This document shows, in pieces, positions 58,039 to 64,000 of a DNA stretch of 64,000 bases. Every line of letters begins with the position of its first letter. Positions within the stretch are counted from its first letter, which is position 1. Under the pieces are notes generated by a model. That model ran no database searches, was not told where the DNA came from, and saw only the letters and a list, made by a program, of their open reading frames with translations. Both the position numbers and the translations under genes were made by a program. The stretch comes from a virus (taxonomy: Duplodnaviria; Caudoviricetes): IMG/VR virus record IMGVR_UViG_3300027847_001698. One strand, given 5' to 3'.

Positions 58039-59016
58039 ATGTCAATTGAATCTGATGCATTAGATTCGTTATGGGTCGAAAAACATCGTCCCAAGGAACT
58101 AGCTGAAGTAGTACTAGAAAAGGAACATCAAGATAAAATAGAAGAATGGTTAAAGAAAGGGGCGATTCCTCATTTATTAATGGTAGGTCCAGCAGGATCA
58201 GGTAAGACCACCACCGCTAGAATTATATGCAATTATATTATTAAGGATGATGCAGATATTTTAGAACTGAATGGTTCTGATCAAACTGGAGTAGATACTG
58301 TTAGAGATTCTATTAAAGGATTTTTAAAATCTCCCCCACATCTTAGTGCTCATAAAATAGTATTCATTGATGAGTTTGATTATATGTCCCAAAATGCACA
58401 AGGTGCACTTAGAAATATATTTGAGACATATGCAGGCACAGGCAGATTTGTATGTACGGGTAATTATAAATCAAAGATCATAGATGCATTACTATCAAGA
58501 TTTCAAATTTTTGAGATGAAAACAGTATCTCAAGAGTTTGCGATTAAATATTGTCAAAGTATTTTAGATTTTGAAAAGATAGAATATGATATTGATACGG
58601 TATCGGTTATTGTTGAAAGTCTTATTCCTGATGTTAGAAAGATTGTTGGTACATTACAACAAACCGTAATAGATGGAAAGCTACACAAGATTGATAAAAA
58701 TTCTATAGCTACAGCCGAGAAAAAACTAGTAGGGTTAATCTGTATGATGTTAGACTCTATTGGAACTATTGGTTGTAAAGAAATAGTTAATTCTAGTATT
58801 GTAGAAGTACATGAATTATTAAATCAAGGAGAGGTAGATTATCTTTCTATTTATGATTTATTATTTCATAATAAGAAGATTCCAGTATGGGCGAAGATCG
58901 TTGTAAATAGATATAGTAATATGCATTATCAATGTTTATTTCCGAACATGCATTTTGTTGCAATGGTTTATGAGTGTATACAGAATGGTAAGAAATATCA
59001 CGAAACATTTGAATAA
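58039..59016 (+). CDS. Sliding-clamp loader ATPase subunit (T4 gp44/RFC-small-like)
   Basis: LWVEKHRP, PHLLMVGPAGSGKTT, ELNGSD, DEFD, AQGALR, LLSRF (SRC-like). Confidence 0.92.
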   Translation: MSIESDALDSLWVEKHRPKELAEVVLEKEHQDKIEEWLKKGAIPHLLMVGPAGSGKTTTARIICNYIIKDDADILELNGSDQTGVDTVRDSIKGFLKSPPHLSAHKIVFIDEFDYMSQNAQGALRNIFETYAGTGRFVCTGNYKSKIIDALLSRFQIFEMKTVSQEFAIKYCQSILDFEKIEYDIDTVSVIVESLIPDVRKIVGTLQQTVIDGKLHKIDKNSIATAEKKLVGLICMMLDSIGTIGCKEIVNSSIVEVHELLNQGEVDYLSIYDLLFHNKKIPVWAKIVVNRYSNMHYQCLFPNMHFVAMVYECIQNGKKYHETFE

Positions 59017-59039
59017 ATAATATAGGGACCAAGGGGTAT

Positions 59040-59378
59040 ATGATTAAAACTATACAAGAACGATTAAAGAACATAGAAGAAATAAAAGATACAGTCTCAG
59101 AGTTTGTTGAGGACTTAAATACTGTGATGGGAGAACCAGTTTTTTCCCATGAATCAGATATTGTATATTATAAAATATCTAATATAAAAACTCCATTATT
59201 AGAAGTACATATTATGACAAGTAGGCTTGATGGTTTCCCTGTTAAACTTCATTGTGAAATAGATACAAGATTAGGATTCAGTGCTGAATCCGTTGAGGAA
59301 TTGGAATCTAATTTATCTATGTTTTCAAATCAATCGGTTATTACTGAATTGTTATCTAGAATTAAATCTAAACTATGA
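59040..59378 (+). CDS. Hypothetical protein
   Basis: Co-oriented; stop overlaps the primase start. Confidence 0.6.
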   Translation: MIKTIQERLKNIEEIKDTVSEFVEDLNTVMGEPVFSHESDIVYYKISNIKTPLLEVHIMTSRLDGFPVKLHCEIDTRLGFSAESVEELESNLSMFSNQSVITELLSRIKSKL

Positions 59379-60412
59379 ATATAGACAATCTTAGAAAGCT
59401 AATAAAAGATAAAAAATTATGGGTAAAGGAAACTACTAAAAATATAATATGCATATGCCCTTATTGTGGTGATCACAAAGATGATAGAAAAAAAGGACAT
59501 TTGTATGTTAGTAAGAATCCTGAAATTCCAGTGGTTCATTGTTTTATTGGGGGATGTGCTAAAGGATTAGTACAATTTATTGAAGATATTTCAGGTTCAA
59601 GAGTTGCTGCTGATTTAATCATTTCTAAAGAAGAAGTGAATAAAGCAAAAAAGAAGTCTAAATCAGAAGGAGCAGTACAAAAAAATCAAGATGTATATGA
59701 TATACCTAAACTCGACATTAAACCATTTCCAATGAAGGTGTCACACATCAAAAAAAGAACTAATGGTAATTTGACACCTGAACAGGTACCAAATCTTATT
59801 TTTGATTTTCAAACATTCTTTAGTATGAATAATCTTGGAAGTGTAGTTGAAAATGAAGTTGGGGAATTTTTAACTACCCTGCAACGTCAATATGTTGGAT
59901 ACTTAGTTGAAAATCAATCATATATAGTATGTAGAAATATTGATCCTAAATCTGAATTTAAACATAGAAAGATTATGATCAGAGAACGGAATTTTGGATT
60001 ATTGGATTACTACAAAGTAGATGGGGGTAATCCTGATAGTGATAAAATTGTGTTAGCAGAAGGAGTTTATGATGTATTGGGTGAATATTCAGCCAACTCA
60101 TTAAAGTACAAAGGCAATGTTAGATTATATGCATCTGGACAATCGTATTCTTATGCATCATTACTTAAAGCTGTTTTATTTGACGAATGTTTATGTAAAG
60201 CAGATGTTGTTATTTTAAGTGATTCTAATATCAGCACCCCATTTTATAGAAAATTATTAACTAACTATAAGCACGTTATAAAGAATTTAAAAGTGTTTTA
60301 TAATAAAAATAAAGGAGGAGATTTTGGAAGCTTCCCACTCGCACCTGTGGAACTCAGAGTACAACCATACAAAAAATGGAATGGCTCTACAAATAAACAA
60401 TATCGCAGATAA
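59375..60412 (+). CDS. DNA primase (zinc finger + TOPRIM)
   Basis: ICPYCGD...HCF..C zinc-binding domain; LAEGVYD and LSD TOPRIM motifs. Confidence 0.75.
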   Translation: MNIDNLRKLIKDKKLWVKETTKNIICICPYCGDHKDDRKKGHLYVSKNPEIPVVHCFIGGCAKGLVQFIEDISGSRVAADLIISKEEVNKAKKKSKSEGAVQKNQDVYDIPKLDIKPFPMKVSHIKKRTNGNLTPEQVPNLIFDFQTFFSMNNLGSVVENEVGEFLTTLQRQYVGYLVENQSYIVCRNIDPKSEFKHRKIMIRERNFGLLDYYKVDGGNPDSDKIVLAEGVYDVLGEYSANSLKYKGNVRLYASGQSYSYASLLKAVLFDECLCKADVVILSDSNISTPFYRKLLTNYKHVIKNLKVFYNKNKGGDFGSFPLAPVELRVQPYKKWNGSTNKQYRR

Positions 60413-60980
60413 TTTAGATGCACTTAGATTCAAAACAGTAGTAATGACCAATGGGTGTTTTGATCTATTTCATATAGGTCATTTGTATACTTTGCAAGAA
60501 GCCAAAAAGTTTGGTGACATCCTTGTAATTGCTATAAATTCAGATGAAAGCATAAGAGCGTTAAAGGGTGCCGGTAGACCCATTCTTAATTTAGAAACTA
60601 GAATGGCGATATTGTCATCATTAGAAATGGTAGATTATGTTATCCCGTTTTCAGGGGAAAGAGCAACTGATGTAATAGCTCAGATTGAACCAGATGTATA
60701 TGTCAAGGGTTCAGATTACACGTTAGATACGTTAGATGATGGGGAACGGGAAGCATTAGAAAATGTTGGTGCTCAAATCAAATTCATAAATACAATAGCT
60801 ACTGAATCCACTAGTGATATATTAGATAGAATTAAAAAATCTGATAATAATACTGAAGTTAAGTCTAAATTTATAAATGATGGTAATCAACTTTCAGTGG
60901 GTTGGAGATATGGTGACGAAGAGATAAAAGTCGGCATTGATGCATCTAGTGGTAATGTATTATGGGTCATGGGTGTTTAG
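60381..60980 (+). CDS. HldE/RfaE domain II-like nucleotidyltransferase (ADP-heptose synthase-like, cytidylyltransferase fold)
   Basis: VVMTNGCFDLFHIGH, LVIAINSDESIRALKGAGRPI, VDYV, PDVYVKGSDY, STSDI. Start set at the ATG at 60381. Confidence 0.85.
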   Translation: MALQINNIADNLDALRFKTVVMTNGCFDLFHIGHLYTLQEAKKFGDILVIAINSDESIRALKGAGRPILNLETRMAILSSLEMVDYVIPFSGERATDVIAQIEPDVYVKGSDYTLDTLDDGEREALENVGAQIKFINTIATESTSDILDRIKKSDNNTEVKSKFINDGNQLSVGWRYGDEEIKVGIDASSGNVLWVMGV

Positions 60981-61007
60981 AAAAAAAGGGCTCATGTCCC
61001 TTCTTTT
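60981..61007. terminator. Short bidirectional terminator-like hairpin
   Basis: A7-GGG-CTCATGT-CCC-TTCTTTT between convergent ORFs. Confidence 0.45.
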
Positions 61008-61076
61008 GTTGGATCCCCTTCCACCCAAAGTGGGTGCTTTCGAATCTCATCTCGAATCTCTGGTGTTGAGTGAAAG

Positions 61077-61208
61077 TTACTGCGGGTAATTTTCGAGGTC
61101 GTACTGCGCTTCGGCATCTCCCACTTCAGCGACTTTACGGGTGGCGTACGAAAAGCCGGTAAAGATCCCGTTCCGGATTTTCTTCAGAAAGTTCTTTAGG
61201 CTAAACAT
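61077..61208 (-). CDS. Small GC-rich hypothetical protein (43 aa)
   Basis: AAGAGG RBS then MFSLKNFLKKIRNG...ENYPQ. The longer track ORF runs into AT-rich promoter-like sequence. Confidence 0.4.
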   Translation of the reverse strand: MFSLKNFLKKIRNGIFTGFSYATRKVAEVGDAEAQYDLENYPQ

Positions 61209-61382
61209 AATAAACCTCTTGATAAATTGTTGATTAGAACTCCCAATCATATAATTAGTATATAATTGTATTCCTTTCAAATTATTATATATATAGACGG
61301 ATATAATATATAACAAGTAAGAATCTAAAATTAAATTTGAGAACAACAAGTAATAATAAACAATTTTAATGGATTAAATAAT

Positions 61383-61727
61383 ATGGCTAGAACGCAATCG
61401 GTAGTTAAAAAATTGTATAATGAGACTGTATCTGGTGATATTGTTTTGGATTCAGAAGCACTACCAGTTGACATTATTAGAGAATGTAATGACAAAAAGA
61501 CACTTTGTGAACATGACGGATTTTATATGGCATTCTGTAAAGCAAAACATGAAGACCAGAAATGCGTTAGGATGATTTTTGCAATCAAAGAAGGAAATAA
61601 AGTAAAGAATATAAGTAAGATAATGGATATGATTAAAAATTTAGAATCAGTTTTTGTTTACATGGATCAGTGTTTGACAAGTAAAGAAAATGGATTCTCA
61701 TATATTGATGCAATCAAGATGGCATAA
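61383..61727 (+). CDS. Hypothetical protein
   Basis: 114-aa ORF leading a plus-strand operon. Confidence 0.65.
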   Translation: MARTQSVVKKLYNETVSGDIVLDSEALPVDIIRECNDKKTLCEHDGFYMAFCKAKHEDQKCVRMIFAIKEGNKVKNISKIMDMIKNLESVFVYMDQCLTSKENGFSYIDAIKMA

Positions 61728-61741
61728 CAAAGGACATTAAA

Positions 61742-62539
61742 ATGAATTTAGTTGAAGACGTAACAGAGGAAATTAAAAAGGAACCATCAAAGGAAGTTTC
61801 ATTAGAGGATTTTCAAAAGTTGGTAGAATGTTTTAGAATAATCACTGAAACAAATTGTACTGATTGTGACATCGAGAAGGGGGTTATCAGACAACGAACG
61901 AATGATAGACATTCTCTATTACGAATGGACTTGACTCCAATTCTAGGAGATTTTAATTTAGGTATTGCATCCACTAAACAGAAAGTGGGTATAATGAGAA
62001 TGTTTTCAGATTTTGAAGATTCGAAGAATATTCTAATAACTGATAAAGGTACATTCTTCAGATATAATGATCAACATTCAAAGATTGAAAGCACAAAGCC
62101 AGATAGAGCATTACTTGACAATCAATATATTTCAGATGAAAAATATAATGATTACACCAATATAGATTCGGATGAACTTCTATTATCTACTGAAATTGAA
62201 TCTAATTTTAATAAAAAGATTAGTATTGTAGGTGAGCATATTGATTCAGATATGGTTATCATTTCAATGAATAAGCTAACTGCAACTATTGGATTAGAAG
62301 AAGCAAATAAAGAAAATAAAATAACAGTAGTTAAGGATATTCCTCTTAATCAGGAAGTTGAAAAGTCATCTTGTAGGGTTTTTATTCTACCATTCAAAAT
62401 GGAAACAATTGGACCAATCAGTCTTAATATTTATAAACGAAAGAAGAATGTTGCGTTTTGTCAGTTCGATATGACACTAATAAACGGAATTACTTTCAAT
62501 GTCTATATCTTAGCAAAAATAACTTATACCACGAAGTAA
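61742..62539 (+). CDS. Putative DNA sliding clamp (gp45/PCNA-like)
   Basis: 265 aa with an alpha/beta two-domain pattern; N-terminal FQKLVECF...IRQRTNDRHSLLRMDL resembles the PCNA N-terminus; clamp loader and PolB are nearby. Confidence 0.5.
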   Translation: MNLVEDVTEEIKKEPSKEVSLEDFQKLVECFRIITETNCTDCDIEKGVIRQRTNDRHSLLRMDLTPILGDFNLGIASTKQKVGIMRMFSDFEDSKNILITDKGTFFRYNDQHSKIESTKPDRALLDNQYISDEKYNDYTNIDSDELLLSTEIESNFNKKISIVGEHIDSDMVIISMNKLTATIGLEEANKENKITVVKDIPLNQEVEKSSCRVFILPFKMETIGPISLNIYKRKKNVAFCQFDMTLINGITFNVYILAKITYTTK

Positions 62540-62561
62540 TAATACATAGGAATACATTAGA

Positions 62562-62759
62562 ATGAAATTCATTGTAGTATGGTTAGCAGGTATGATTATA
62601 TCCCCAGAAGATAGATTAAATTGGAAGATTGAGTTTCAAGTAACAAAAACTGGATACACTGGAACTTCGTTTTTTAATACAGCGGGGATCGTGGGTCTCT
62701 TAATTAAAGGTGGTTTTAGAAGTTATGAATCTTGTACTATTACTAAGTTGAAAGGTTGA
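62562..62759 (+). CDS. Hypothetical protein
   Basis: Short co-oriented ORF. Confidence 0.45.
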   Translation: MKFIVVWLAGMIISPEDRLNWKIEFQVTKTGYTGTSFFNTAGIVGLLIKGGFRSYESCTITKLKG

Positions 62760-62808
62760 AAGAAGTAATTGGGAATACCCGAAATTAAACTAGTATGGAA
62801 CATAATCT

Positions 62809-62994
62809 GTGATTATGATATACGACATACTGACTGACAATTTTATAATACAGCTAGAATTGATGGGAGGGTCCTGTAGTTGCAGAAAGCAACGAGTGAG
62901 ATTTACCCCTATCTCATATGAACAGGTAATAGAAATAATGAATCATAAAAAACCATTTAAGGTAGTAGATCATCATAACCGAGAAGACGAATGA
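62809..62994 (+). CDS. Hypothetical protein
   Basis: Short ORF; stop overlaps the next start (ATGA). Confidence 0.4.
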   Translation: MIMIYDILTDNFIIQLELMGGSCSCRKQRVRFTPISYEQVIEIMNHKKPFKVVDHHNREDE

Positions 62995-64000
62995 ATATAT
63001 CACAACTAATGAACTATTATCCCAAATACTCATATTTGGATCAGATAGTATCTTCATCTGGTAAAGACAAAATAACGCTCTTTATTGATTTAAAGAGTTG
63101 TATGCAATCTCTTTATCAGGAGTGGGCAGTTCGATATATCATAGATCAATCAAGAGGAACCCGTCAAGTGGATTGCTCTATGTTTGGATCTCTGTTAGAG
63201 TTTATCTCATGGCATAAAAACTATGCAAAAAAACGAGGATTGGGGATCTCCTTCTTCGTTTTTTTGGAGTCAGGAAAATCGGGTTACCATACAAACATAG
63301 AACCTCGGTATAAAGCAAATCGTAAACTAACAGATTTTTTTGGTCTTGATTCAGATACCAAAGAGCTGTTCTTTAATGTAATGGATAAAAACTACAATGT
63401 AATAGAAAAGGTATGCAATAAGCTTCCTGATGTTACTTGTATCAGGTTAAGGTATCTTGAAGCTGATTTTATTCCATGGTATACTGTCAAAAATTTAAAT
63501 GTAATGGATGAAGATCAGGTTGGGGTTATATATTCAACTGACAAAGATATGTTACAATGTTTAGATGATGGGAAAATGTATCAATTTTATAGGCATTATA
63601 AAAATCATAAAATCTTATCTGGTAAAGATGTGTTTGATCATTACTTTAAAGATACGTTAGAGTGGAATTATGATCCTGAATATATTGCTTTAATATTAGC
63701 AATTGTTGGGGATACTGCCGATGGAATCGAAGGTATAAAGGGAATAGGGGATAAAACTATTAAAAAAGTTCTCCCTGAAATTATTGAATCATGTGGGTCT
63801 ATGGAAGATATTTGCAAAAAGGTACTAAATAAAGAAAAACTATTTGAAAATCTCGGAACAAATAAAAATAAACCTCTAGAAAAAATTGCAGCAAATGAGG
63901 ATATTGTAACCAGAAATTTGAAACTTACATCATATAGAATATTATCTGATCATGTATCTAATAGTATTGATTATGTAGAAAGAGTCAAAACGATAGGAGA
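62991..64000 (+). CDS. 5'-3' exonuclease/flap endonuclease (T4 RNase H-like); runs off the window edge
   Basis: Not in the track; hand translation gives LFIDLKS, YKANR, LEADFI, YSTDKDMLQ and the H3TH motif GDTADGIEGIKGIGDKT. Confidence 0.85.
   Translation, partial: MNISQLMNYYPKYSYLDQIVSSSGKDKITLFIDLKSCMQSLYQEWAVRYIIDQSRGTRQVDCSMFGSLLEFISWHKNYAKKRGLGISFFVFLESGKSGYHTNIEPRYKANRKLTDFFGLDSDTKELFFNVMDKNYNVIEKVCNKLPDVTCIRLRYLEADFIPWYTVKNLNVMDEDQVGVIYSTDKDMLQCLDDGKMYQFYRHYKNHKILSGKDVFDHYFKDTLEWNYDPEYIALILAIVGDTADGIEGIKGIGDKTIKKVLPEIIESCGSMEDICKKVLNKEKLFENLGTNKNKPLEKIAANEDIVTRNLKLTSYRILSDHVSNSIDYVERVKTIG

Noticed and set aside
1-64000. Eukaryotic giant virus (NCLDV) origin suggested by RNAP, PolB, RFC/PCNA-like and Ub-like genes
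   Set aside because: Shine-Dalgarno sites, overlapping operons, intrinsic terminators, bacterial-type beta/beta', RecA, peptidoglycan amidase, lipobox and a gp5-like baseplate all point to a bacteriophage.
1-64000. Stop-codon reassignment as seen in some large phages
   Set aside because: Conserved genes are full length in the standard code and end in TAA, TAG and TGA.

Overview
This AT-rich, densely coding 64-kb window looks like part of a very large tailed dsDNA phage (jumbo myovirus-like) rather than a cellular chromosome. Most genes from 1 to ~50 kb are on the minus strand and most genes after 51.3 kb are on the plus strand. It encodes a T4-style replication/recombination set: family B DNA polymerase, clamp loader, probable sliding clamp, primase, 5'-3' exonuclease, RecA/UvsX, UvsW-like helicase, Mre11/SbcD-like nuclease, RuvC-like resolvase, two-subunit type IIA topoisomerase and class II ribonucleotide reductase. 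It also encodes its own unsplit beta and beta' RNA polymerase subunits (beta' carries a LAGLIDADG intein in the trigger loop), which sit in a block of probable virion genes with a gp5/VgrG-like hub, amidase and M48 peptidase. The most striking observation is a co-oriented four-gene module at 295-4710 that looks like a complete phage-encoded ubiquitin-like conjugation pathway: a winged-helix/ubiquitin-like fusion ending in -KAA, a large E2-like protein (HPN-x7-C), a ThiF/E1 adenylase and a JAMM/JAB isopeptidase. Other notable items are a PolB fused to a degenerate family-4 uracil-DNA glycosylase domain, an actin-fold ATPase flanked by coiled-coil genes, GT9/HldE-like heptose-handling genes, recurring promoter-like motifs and a hairpin-rich gene-poor island. 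All assignments come from motif recognition by eye; no database searches were run. I saw no rRNA, tRNA or CRISPR array.
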